Assembly (NCBI GenBank): GCA_951406725.2
Contig: OX597815.1
Span: 143,592,001 to 143,656,000, forward strand
Direction of reading: 5' to 3'
DNA: 64,000 bases
Origin: Octopus vulgaris
Lineage: Eukaryota
Positions 53,304-64,000 of the stretch are shown here, piece by piece. The position numbers and the translations under genes were made by a program. Position 1 is the first letter of the stretch, and each line of letters starts with the position of its first letter. The notes beneath the pieces are model-generated. The model worked only from the letters and a program-made list of their open reading frames with translations. It was not told where the DNA came from and made no database searches.

Positions 53304-53618
53304 CATCATCATCATCATCGCTTAACATTTGCTTTCCATGCTAGTATGGGTTGGACGATTTGACAGAGGACTGGCAAACCAGATGGCTGCACCAGGCTCC
53401 AGTCTGATCTGGCAGAGTTTCTACAGCTGGATGCCATTCCTAATGCCAAACACTCCGAGAGTGTAGTGGGTGCTTTTATGTGCCACTGGCACGAGGGCCA
53501 GTCAGGTGGTACTGGCAATAGCCATGCACAAATGTTGCTTTTTATGTGCCACCTGCACAGGAGCCAGTCCAGCGGCACTGGCAACAACCTCGCCCGAATG
53601 TTTTTTCATGTGCCAGTA
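53304..53618 (-). mobile_element. Meta-core repeat with 3 tandem units
   Basis: Core, tail and tandem units as in 1548-1916. Confidence 0.85.
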
Positions 53619-53681
53619 AGGTATATATACATAAATATATATACATACATATATATATCAATATATATATATATACATATA

Positions 53682-53772
<91 letters not shown>

Positions 53773-53941
53773 CTATATATATATGCATCAATATATATAT
53801 ATATTTGCACAAGTGCAAACAAGGGAGTCAGAGAAAGGCAGAATGCCACATATATCTGAACACTACTATGGAAGTATTCCTTTAAAAAAACCTTTCTTCT
53901 AATTTTTCTAAATTTTTCAAAATTTAATTATTTAATTGTTA

Positions 53942-53979
53942 CAGTTGAAAAGGTCTCAAAATGACCGAAACCGGTACTG
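53942..53979 (+). ncRNA. Hammerhead-like motif in short element between (TA)n tracts (about 53805-54032)
   Basis: cag-UUGAAAA-GGUC ucaaaau GACC-GAAAC-CG-GUA-cug, with a palindromic ACCGGU stem III. The C3/G8 positions read U/A. Confidence 0.6.
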
Positions 53980-54028
53980 AAAGATTCACTATAAAATCAT
54001 CTTAGCATTTTCTATTTTTGACTTGTTT

Positions 54029-54071
<43 letters not shown>

Positions 54072-54077
54072 CATCAT

Positions 54078-54111
54078 CACAACGTAGGGTCCTAACCACT
54101 AGACAATCACA

Positions 54112-54114
<3 letters not shown>
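54078..54114 (-). pseudogene. 5' half of tRNA-His(GTG), truncated pseudogene
   Basis: Reverse strand g-gctgtgattgtctagtggttaggaccctacgttgtg resembles invertebrate tRNA-His GCCGTGATCGTCTAGTGGTTAGGACC...CGTTGTG with CpG decay. Similarity stops after the anticodon. Confidence 0.75.
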
Positions 54115-54145
<31 letters not shown>

Positions 54146-56149
54146 ATGATGATGATGATGATGATGATATATATATATATATATATAGATATAAGGCTCA
54201 ATGTGTAGATATTGACTATACAGATGTATAGGTACAATGTGTTGATGATACTGAAGGGATAGAAAAACAGGGTGTATATGTGGACTATATAGATAAGACA
54301 CAATGTGTAGATATGACTATATAAGATATACAGGCACAGTGTATTCATATTGGCTGGAAAAAGAGGCATAATGTATAGATGTTGACTGAATATATAGACA
54401 CAGCATCTTGATGGTAGACTGGTTAGATGGACTCAGTGTATAGATGTTGTCTATAAAGACAGAAACAGTAAGATAGATATATGTTTGGCTGCCAACAATT
54501 TAGATAAACAGTGTGCAGATGTTGACATCAAAGATATTGACAGTGTGTAGATGTCAACTAGAAAGACAGTGACAGTATGTAGGCATTGACTAAAGTGATA
54601 CAATATGAAGATGTCGACTGGATAGTTAGATAAAGAGTGTAGATGTTGGTTGGTTAGAGAGACAGTGTGTAGATGCTGATAGTATAGACATCATATATGA
54701 TGTTGAGTGTATAGTGACAGTAGTTTGATTTTGACCAGAAAGATGGACACTGTAGATGTTGACAGGAAAGTTGGGCAGACACAGCGTGTAGTCATTGACT
54801 AGATAGTTAGATAAACACAGTGTGCAGATGCCAGAGCGGACAGATAGCTAGACCGTGAGTTGGTGTTTACTGAATAAGCAGATTATGTGAAGATGTTGAC
54901 TAGGTAAATAGAAAAAGTGTGTAGATGTGGTAGATGGGAGCAGGACAAAGCTACAGAAACAAACCAGAGCCAGAACTGTCAGCCATCAATCACAGAGTGA
55001 AGTACAAATTTATATAGGTCAGGTCATCCATCCTAATCAAACAATCAAAGTCAATGGCAATCATTAGAGTTTCATTTTGCAGACTCTTCTTCTTCACTAC
55101 AAACTCACAATATCAGAATTACTTTCTTAATGTTGCTAACTATTCTGATAAGAAGAGAAATTACACAGTCACCATTCTTACTTACCCCACTACCTCATTG
55201 GGAAAGGAAGACAAGACAATAAGGATAGACTTCAGTTTACAGAAGAATAATTTCAGCGCAATATTGTGTACAAGTGTGTGTATGTATATACATATATATA
55301 TATATATATATCTTTATATATATATATATGCATGTACACATACACACATAGACATATTCACAGACTATCAGTTTTTCATAATTCTCCTGACCACCTTCTC
55401 CAACTTTCAGCCATACATGTGTAGCTATGAATGTAATTCCTATGACATATAATGATAATGTGTGTTAGTCTGTGACCTCAGTTTAGCAACAGAAAGGTCA
55501 GTGGGTGTCATCCAAACTCAGCACTATGAACCACCAACACCTTCATCATTACCATTATTTATTATCTTCATCATCATCATCATCATCATTATTATTATTT
55601 ATCATCATTAAAGAAATGCTGTCTCTATTATAGAGTCTGTAGCTGGATGTATGTATCGTTAGCAATTATATAATTACATATATTAGGCCTGGTTTCTTAA
55701 GGTCAAGAGTTCACTTAAAAGACTATCACAATCAATGACATCTTAAACAAGATACATATCACTCTGCTTCATATATTTACTTGGCAAGTTCTCTGATAGA
55801 ATGACTTATCTTACAGTGGTGACTTCTCAAAGAAAACCCTGTTTTCACATAGCCGGACCAGGTCAATTCTCAGATGCTATGTGAGCTACACTACTCCTGG
55901 CCACTTACCCAGAATATTAGATATTCCATTATATTCCATTATATTCTTCAAAACAATGAGGACCATAAAGTTAAGATGTTTGTACCTCTCTAAAAGTACT
56001 GGTGACTATAGACCTAGTACTGTAATAGCTTGGGTTTCAAGGGTCCAGAACAATTCAACAGTCTACCAACTGTTCCAGAGATTTACAAAGTATAGATGTG
56101 GGTCATCAAAGAATGTATGGATGAATTTTTATCTGATGAGATACTACAT

Positions 56150-56681
56150 CAGGGGTTCTCTACCATTTTTTATCTATGGACCCCTTTGAGTACTATTTTA
56201 CTATGGTGGACCCCCATAGTCATTCAATGTTTAAAAAATAGTTTTATGGAAACTCCTTTCAAAATTCCTATTTTGTTTTTCACACATTCACTAAAATGTT
56301 AGAGAAAGAAACCTCACTATTGCTTGCAATAAACACCAGTACATACATCTAAAACAAAATTTTTGCAGGGGCCCTTAAAATACTATTGTGGATCCATCAT
56401 CGTTTAACGTCCGCTTTCCATGCTAGCATGGGTTGGACGATTTGACTGAGGTCTAGCGAACCAGATGCCTGCACCAAGCTCCAATCTGATCCATCTGTAG
56501 AAACTCTGCCAGATCAGATTGGAGCCTGGTGCAGCCATCTGGTTTGCCAGTCCTCAGTCAAATCATCCAACCCATGCTAGCATGGAAAGTGGACATTAAA
56601 CGATGATGATGCTGATCCCCAGTATACTACTTTGTTGTGTGAACCCTCAGGGGCCATATGGACTCTGGTTGAGAACCACTG
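56150..56681. mobile_element. hAT (Charlie-like) MITE carrying a nested palindromic Meta-core insertion
   Basis: TIRs caggggttctctacc / ggttgagaaccactg and an 8-bp TSD tactacat / tactagat (7 of 8 match). Confidence 0.9.
56396..56613. mobile_element. Inverted dimer of Meta-core repeat 3' ends
   Basis: The - arm 56396-56491 and + arm about 56491-56613 have both tails pointing outward. A gatcc direct repeat lies at 56391-56395 and 56614-56618. Confidence 0.85.
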
Positions 56682-57579
56682 TACTAGATGAACCTAAATC
56701 ATGATAGGAGGCACAAAGAAGAGCAGCTACACTAACTGCATAACCTAACTTGCTACCAGTGGTATATTGGGGAAACTGAAACAGTCTTCTGGATATTATA
56801 ATGAGGAAAAGTCGAATGCCATTTCTTTATAAAGTAGGTGACATATGTTTGAATGTCAGTATTTTATGTCTACATATGTATATCAACCCATGCTAGCATG
56901 GAAAACGGACGTTAAACGATGATATATATACACACACACACATACACACACACACACACATATATATATATACACACGCACATATTTATGTTCATATAAT
57001 ACAGAAACACACATACATACATATGCATAAATACATACCTTGTGTGTGTGTGTATTTATATAAAGTTTAATACCAAATCCCTATTCTCGTTAATTATATA
57101 TATATGTGTGTGTATACATATGTACATACATGCATACATGTGTGCATACATGCATGCATGGGAAATGTTTATACATTAAGAAACAGAGTATGGAGGACAT
57201 TATAATATTATAAAAATCAAGTTTAAAAAAATAAACGAATGTTGTTTTATGTAATAAATGTCATGTGTTAAAAGGAGAGGTTACTGTTTATACATAGTGT
57301 AGAATACACAACGGAGAAAGGTTATTAATGATCTCATTTAATATAACAAACACAGCTTGTGGTACAAACTATATAAGACGCATTACTGTAAACAGAGTGT
57401 AGATGGAGCAGGCCCAAGTAACACTCTGTAAGCAAGGCTAAGTGTTGCTGTCCCAGTTTGATTTCAGTGTGTTAGTAGCCAGCAGTGCCATCAGCTAAGT
57501 TCAACTCCCAGTGTAGCAAACAATAAATGGAGTTCAGCCCTGTGTGTAAGAGAGAAATACTGCTTGTAAAAAATCACTC

Positions 57580-57762
57580 AGTGATGGTGGCATGTAAAAA
57601 GCACCCAGTGCACGCTGTAGAAGGGCATCAAACTGTAGAAACCAAAGCAAAACAGACTATGGAAGCTGGTGTGACTCCTGGCCTTGCTGGCTCCTGTTAA
57701 ACCATCTAACCCATGCCAGCAAGGAAAATGGATGTTAAATGATGATGATAATGATGATGATG
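57580..57762 (+). mobile_element. Meta-core repeat, diverged
   Basis: ggtggcatgtaaaaagcaccc, gaagggcatc, and a (GAT)n tail. Confidence 0.75.
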
Positions 57763-58123
57763 TGTACCAACTGGTGATGATGTTATATGTAGTGGTAGAA
57801 ATGATGAAGATTATCATAATACTTTCTATTGTAAGCACAAGGCCTGAGATATAAAGATATAAAGCTAGAAGGAATAACACAAAGCATTCTGTCCAGCATG
57901 CTAACTCACCACCATAAATGAAGATAGTCATAATGATAGCAATGGTAATGATGATGATGATGATGATGATGATAAGGAGAATGAAGTAGGGGAAGGAGGA
58001 GGGGGTGTTAGTGGCAATGACAACAATATAAAATAAACTGCAACAGTGAGGAATTAAAGTAAATCAATATACTTCCTTCCAGTAAATCAATAAATTTATT
58101 AAGTCAATACTTCATAACTTTAA

Positions 58124-58332
58124 CCCTTTAGCCATGTCTGTCTCAAAATATTCTACGTGTTTTATGTCCCAAACTGGCCAGGTCCAGCCTCTCACACCTA
58201 CCCTAGAATGTCATTGTAAAAGTAAACAATCATATCATCGAAATCTTGAAGCTATGAGAGGATGCGTGGTTAATTCAAAACAAGGAAATTAAATAAGCAT
58301 TACATCTGACAGTCATTTGAATGCTAAAAGGG
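58124..58332. mobile_element. piggyBac-type MITE
   Basis: TTAA-ccctttagc ... gctaaaaggg-TTAA. Confidence 0.85.
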
Positions 58333-58417
58333 TTAAGTGATGCACGGCATAGCATGTAGTATGACCTGTACATTAATTCTAATACACACTATGAGTAAAC
58401 ACTTCTGCATGATGAGT

Positions 58418-58815
58418 ACAGGCATGGCTGTGTTATTAAGAAGATTACTTTACAACCAGATTGTTCCTGGTTCAATCCCACAGTAAAATACACTTGGGAA
58501 AGTATCCTCTCTTATGGTGTTGAGTTGATTAATCAATACTTGTGAGTGGAATTTTGTAAACGGAAATTGTTTGGAAGTTTATGTTTGGGTACGTGTATCT
58601 TTTGTCAATATATATATATATATATCAGCGAAAAGGCAGATGAAATGCTTAGTGACATTTTGCCCACTTCAAGTTCTGAGTTCAAATTCTGCCAAGGTCA
58701 AATTTGTCTTTCATCTTTTTGGAGTTGATAAAATGATTACCATTTGAGTACTGGGGTTGATGCAATCGACTTAGCCCCGTCCCAAAATTGCTGGCATTGT
58801 GCCAAACTTTGAAAG
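58418..58815 (+). mobile_element. Diverged CORE-SINE 5' half (58418-58580) followed by a Nin/Deu SINE (58630-58815)
   Basis: B boxes ggttcaatccc and gagttcaaattc, plus family-specific bodies. Confidence 0.7.
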
Positions 58816-59940
58816 TAATATATCAGCAAAAAATATAAACATTGGTAATCCTTGATAGGGATTTCATTATAATCAAATGACAATCTCACATTGAGGAATA
58901 TATATTGTAACCAAAAGATCCAAATACAGAATCTTGCTCTATATACAAATAACAATATATTTCATACACAAACACAGGATCAATTATTGGTATGTATTTA
59001 GGTAGAACTAAGACGTTATCTTATATTTGACCACAGGTGACTAAATACCTCACATCCAGACAAAGAGGCAATGTTACCACTATCCCATAGCAATAATCTT
59101 CCATCAGCCACATACAACTCCCTAACTTTAGTAGAGCCTATGTGGAAGCCTGTATGCAGCCACGTGAACAGCTAGAAATAGAAGCCAACCTAAATCTTAC
59201 CCCCACCACAAAAACAAAAATCACACCTCAAACAAAAAAGGAAGGACACATTTGGTAACTCTGCCCGAGATACACTATGTTTAAAGAAAAAGCGGTGAGA
59301 TCACCATTCGTCATAGATTTGTTTGATCAGAGCTGACTCGGGATTAAACAACAACAACAACAACCTACCTTTTGGCCATGCTGTAGCTTTCTGCACAATT
59401 TCATCTCTTCTAAATAAATACTAATCTATTGAAACACGATTAACTGTTTATCGTTGGATTATCACATTTGATGAGGATAAAATGATTTCTACTCCCAGCC
59501 CTCACCCTACAACACACATGAACTACTAAAATCTCTTGATTGAGGAAACGACATAAAGGAAGACAGATAGATATAGTAGTAATTTGTAATGTAGATAGTA
59601 TCTCTGAAAGCAACAAGATATTTCACAAAGTGCTTGATGGGTTCATCTTGGGTAATAACTCATGGGTCTGAGTGGGAGATATTTAGTAATGGTAAGGATT
59701 ACTCAACAGTAGTATAGTGGTTATGCCTTATGTAGGAGTAGATATTTTATGAGAGACAAAGTGGAAATACTTCATGGTGGTGAAGTAGAAATGCCATTTC
59801 CACAGTGGTTAGTTCTGTGAATAATTCTATGACTCTGTAGATTTCACAATATGTTTCGATTTACAGTATTTACATTATGTAACTAATAATTACTTTTACT
59901 CAATGAAACGTAAGATGGCATATATATATATATATATATT

Positions 59941-60069
59941 GATATTTAGCAGAAGTAACAGTGACTCAAGGTCTGGGAGTTTTGTGCATTGGCACTTAGC
60001 AAAGTTTGGTAAATGCCAAGGTACAAAACTCTCAGACCTTAAGTCACTCTGTTACTTCAGTTAAACATT
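59941..60069. repeat. Near-perfect hairpin with arms of about 63 bp, directly after (TA)n
   Basis: gaagtaacag-tgact.aaggtctg.gagttttgt pairs with acaaaactctcagaccttaagtcactctgttacttc; centre at about 60004. Confidence 0.9.
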
Positions 60070-60127
60070 AATAAAAATATACATACACTCATATTTTGAG
60101 TTCTATTTTTCCAGTTTGCATCAACAT

Positions 60128-60182
<55 letters not shown>

Positions 60183-60224
60183 CGTGCGTGCATACATACA
60201 CACACAGAGAGTTTATTTTCTCTC

Positions 60225-60268
60225 ATGCCTTTCTATTGAAGAGCGTAGGCTTGAAATGTAAAAGACAT
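60225..60268 (+). ncRNA. Degenerate hammerhead-like motif in short element (about 60210-60328) before (TA)n
   Basis: atgccttt-CUAUUGA-a-GAGC guag GCUU-GAAAU-GUA-aaagacat. Stem I pairs at 7 of 8 bp; the core is mutated. Confidence 0.55.
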
Positions 60269-60342
60269 TTTCATTTTTCCAGAGCATCAAACTAATACAC
60301 TTGCTTGATGTTCATACACCTGTCTTCATATATATATATATA

Positions 60343-60388
<46 letters not shown>

Positions 60389-60390
<2 letters not shown>

Positions 60391-60622
60391 TTCCCAACCA
60401 CATGGTTTCGGGTTCAGTTCCGGTGTGTGGCATCTTGGGCAAGTGTCTTCTACTATAGCCCTGGGCTGACTAAAGCCTTGTGAATAGATTTGTAAGGCAG
60501 AAGCTGAAAGAAACCCATCATATGTATTTGTGTGTGTGTGTGTGTCTTTGTGTCTGTTTTTGTCCCCAACTACCACTTGACAACTGGTGTTGGTGTTCTT
60601 GTGTCACCATAACTTTAGCAAA
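60389..60622 (+). mobile_element. CORE-type SINE, truncated
   Basis: ggttcagttcc...ggcatcttgggcaagtgtctt. Confidence 0.8.
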
Positions 60623-61251
60623 AGAGTAAGCAAGTAGGTTGAGATAAAGCAAGATCTTGTAATCTATGTGAAGACATAAAAAACCTCTTAAGCATTGGGC
60701 CACTATAAAGTACACCAGGTGGTTGATTTAAGAAGAACATCAAACTATAGAAACCAATGTCAAAACTGGAATATACAAGTAAGAAATCATCTGGCAACCC
60801 ATCTTGGAGGGCAACAACTGTAAACAAAAACAATAGACACAGACCATAATGATCTAGCCAAGAAATGCCTGTCTGGAAAGTGAAAGTAAAAAATGATGAT
60901 GATAATGACAACGATGATGACGGTGATATAACCACATACACACATATGCATAATAACAGCAGCAGCAACAACAACAGCAACAATAGTCATGTCAGTCAGG
61001 TAATGCAGTCATGCAAAAGTGCTCTAAATCGGGGTTGGGATTAGGCATGAGGTAGAAAGGGTGGGAAAAGGGTGTGGGAAGGTGGGTTGTAATATTGACG
61101 TGGGCACAGGTGCATGCAGTATGTTGCATACAATGCATTAGTGCAAAAGTAGGATGCAGCTTCTATACACTCCTCTGTGCACATCATGACATTCCATAAC
61201 TATAGATGTATCGGTGTTATATAGATTGCATGTATTTACGTATTATATAGT

Positions 61252-61597
61252 AAATGGCTCAGTGGTTAGAGTGTTGGGCTCACAATCATGAGGTAGTGAG
61301 TTCAATTCCAATACCGTGCTATGTGTTGTATTCTTGAGCAAGACACTTTATTTTACATTGCTCTAGTTTGTTCAGCTGTAGAAATGAGTTACAACGTCAG
61401 AGGTGCCAAGCTGTATCGGCCTTTCCCTTGGACAATATCAGTGGCATGGAGATGGGAAGCTGGTATGCATAGGTGACTGCTGGTCTTTCATAAACAACCT
61501 AGCCCAGACTTGCGCCTTGCAGAGTAACTTTCTAGGTGCAATACCATAGTCATTCATGACTGAAGGGTCCATCATGACTGAAGGGCCTTTTACCCTT
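61252..61597 (+). mobile_element. tRNA-headed SINE with alternative 3' tail
   Basis: A box tggctcagtgg and B box gagttcaattcc; tail shared with 404-485. Confidence 0.8.
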
Positions 61598-62529
61598 AAT
61601 AGAGAATCAGCATTCATGAAGCATCTGTGTGTGTATACATATATAATTTAGCAAATAGTACAATCTTTCATTATATAGTAAGACTGTGTACAGTTGTTAT
61701 ATATAGCCTCTGTGTGTACATTACAGCTAAGTCTATGCATGTATGTACTATGTCTATCTATCTGTTTATCTATCTATAGACGTGTATGTGTGTGTGTGTG
61801 TAAAACATAGAGTCAGAGAAAGTGTGTGTACCATATATTTTGGCATACAAGTCAAATGTTTCAGAGCAAATTTTACGGCCGAAAAAGATAGGTCAACTTA
61901 TACACCAAGGCAATGTTGGAGGACCAAAAATTCCATGTGGAATGCAGCAGGATTTGGATAGATAGTAATGATGTTTGAGTGTTTACTCTACATGTTTACA
62001 TTATATATATATATATATATATATACTACATCAACTTGTATGCTGGAAAATATAGTATGTATACACACAATGATTTAATTTTACTCTTAGATTTCTTGTC
62101 AACGGAGAATGAGTTGGCTTCCTACTTAGACCTAAGATTCCTTTACTGAAATTTCCAAAACACAAGAAGGGTAATTGAGCATGTAAGTGTGCGTATGGAC
62201 ATGTATCTGGAGCCCAGAGTATGTGCAGATCTGTAAGTGTGTATGCATGTATTGGAGGTTAATATTTAATTGAATTATCACTGCACATTTCCATCTCACA
62301 ACACTCCCATTGACAATATTGTTGGTGTGAAAACTGGCTGCTCAAATCAAGTTTCTAAGACATGCTGTGAGTGTGTTCAAATGAGAGCAAGGCCAGTAGC
62401 AGGGCTGCATGCAGCCAAGGGTGCTATATTATATACATATATATATATATACATATATACATACATATATATATATATGAATATATATATATACATACAC
62501 ACGTTCATACATGCCTCACATCTAACACA

Positions 62530-62645
62530 TACCGACTGACTCCGCGCCATCCTCCACGATGTAAGTCTTTGTGACTGCGCAGAGGAAGGCTCGGTCTGTC
62601 ACGGCACGTTACAACAGCTAAGTAAGCAAAACGTAACACGCGGGG
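62530..62645 (+). promoter_or_regulatory. Non-repeat CpG-rich island, possible promoter/first exon with donor GTAAGT at 62561
   Basis: About 11 CpG in about 110 bp within a CpG-poor window, not similar to any repeat here, with G-rich tracts downstream. Confidence 0.3.
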
Positions 62646-62909
62646 GGGGGGTAATGAAAATACATTACAAAGGCAAAGGATGGTGACAGCGGGGGGGGAT
62701 GGGGGGGAGAAGTAAGGAAAGGATGTCCAGTAAGGGAGAAGCAGTGGGGAGAGCAAGAGTACTTATTGGTGTAGGAGGGGGGAGCTGTGTTGTCTACAGT
62801 TGATGAGAAAGCAAAAGGAGGGGTGTGTGTGAGAGGTGTGTAGCGGGATGGGGAGAGGGGAGGTATGACAGTGGAGGGGGGGGGGGGGGTAGGAATGGAA
62901 TAAATGTCA

Positions 62910-63110
62910 ACAACAAAAGCAGCAATAACAGCAACAACAACAACAAAAGCAGTAGCAGCAGCAGTAGCAATAAAACAGCAGGAACAACAATAAAAGCAGC
63001 AGCAGCAGCAGCAAGGACAACAGAAGCAGCAGTAATTAAAGCAACATAACAACAACAATAAGGACAGTAACAATAACAACAACAACAACAACAGCAGTAA
63101 CAACGATAAC
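62910..63110. repeat. (CAA)/(CAG) degenerate trinucleotide tract
   Basis: Direct reading. Confidence 0.9.
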
Positions 63111-63640
63111 TAGGTTCTAAAAAATCTAGAACAGATATTCTTGGCTTCTGATTCTCCTAAGAACATGTATATGAGAGTTCAATTTCAGGCTGGCACTTCC
63201 AAGATTTTTGATATAATTGTAAGGGAGAAAGAGAGGGTAAGAGATTGTGTGTGTGAGAGAGAGAGAGAGAGAAAGGCAGGGCAAGAATATCAGAAGACTT
63301 TTACAGAACAAAGAGAATGAAGTGGGGGGAGGGGGAGCTGGACAAAAGACAAGAGCTAAAGAGATGAGAGATTAGATTATAGTTGCTAAAGGTTGCAGTG
63401 GTGGAAGGGAATGTGTGTGTGTATGTGGGGTGGGGGTATCTGTTAGTGGTATATCTCCCCCCTCCTTCTCTCATTCTTTAATCATGTGCTGGTATTTTAT
63501 AAGACAGTGTTGGTGAGAGCGTGGTGTGATGGGGAGGCCGGCAGCAGCAGCAGCAGGGATGTACTTTTGACCTACTTCTTATTCCAGAAGATGGTGACCC
63601 ACACATGCATACATACAAAAAACACATGTGTGTGTGTGTA

Positions 63641-63683
<43 letters not shown>

Positions 63684-63740
63684 CAACCCATACATGCATA
63701 CATAATTGCCTCTTTGTGTTTTTTTGTTTGTTCTTTTTAG

Positions 63741-63806
63741 GAGCTACTGTTATTGTTTTTGATGATGAGGATGATGAGGATGAAGGAAGATACAGCTATT
63801 GAAAGG
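63741..63806 (+). other. Candidate 66-nt spliceosomal exon
   Basis: A long U-rich tract ends tttttag at 63740 and a donor AGG|GTGAGT lies at 63807. One frame is open (ELLLLFLMMRMMRMKEDTAIER), with no recognisable homology. Confidence 0.35.
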
Positions 63807-63964
63807 GTGAGTGTTGAAGAATCAGAGAAAATCGCCACTGAATGTGGAAAATAAGCACATTGTATCTCAAGAGTCTATTTTACTACATGTGTGTTGTGTA
63901 GTTTGTCTTGCATGCATGTAGCACATGGACTGCATATCTATGCAATCTAATGATGTTTAGATAG

Positions 63965-64000
<36 letters not shown>

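Larger units (their letters stand above)
53060..54935. repeat. Old minisatellite of about 30-36 bp (core gacacagtgtgtagatgttgact), split by a block of about 1.07 kb of insertions at 53125-54190
   Basis: Two clear units lie left of 53125 and more than 20 degenerate units lie in 54192-54935. Confidence 0.85.

Noticed and set aside
54192-54935. CRISPR array
   Set aside because: The DNA is eukaryotic with no cas genes, the repeats are highly degenerate, and the linkers are short and mutually similar.
63588-63593. 6-nt micro-exon AAGATG after ttcttattccag
   Set aside because: The donor GTGACC is weak and there is no supporting evidence.
2266-63802. Long ORF-track ORFs rich in YI/HT/CV dipeptides or poly-M/I/L/S/R/N
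   Set aside because: They are translations of di- and trinucleotide microsatellites, which lack stop codons in some frames, and show no domain motifs.

Overview
AT-rich, repeat-dominated animal genomic DNA, either intronic or intergenic. The repeat families resemble those known from octopus/coleoid cephalopods (inference from memory, no database search). No intact protein-coding gene is supported, and nearly all ORF-track ORFs are translations of microsatellites or SINEs. The window contains: very dense (TA)/(CA)/(ATG)/(CAT) microsatellites; at least three tRNA-headed SINE families (CORE-type, Nin/Deu-type, and a third with variable tails); about 20 copies of a Meta-core repeat with an RTE-type 3' end; decayed RTE LINE and Penelope (PLE) coding fragments; and Tc1/mariner, hAT, piggyBac and long-TIR non-autonomous DNA elements. 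The main signal is about 14 minimal type I hammerhead-ribozyme-like motifs from several unrelated short elements, mostly beside (TA)n tracts and partly in palindromic dimers. One of these is a 496-bp palindrome with a tRNA head and hammerheads, flanked by a perfect 12-bp target-site duplication (22715-23210). A CpG-rich island with a splice donor and a 66-nt candidate exon near the right end may mark a host gene.
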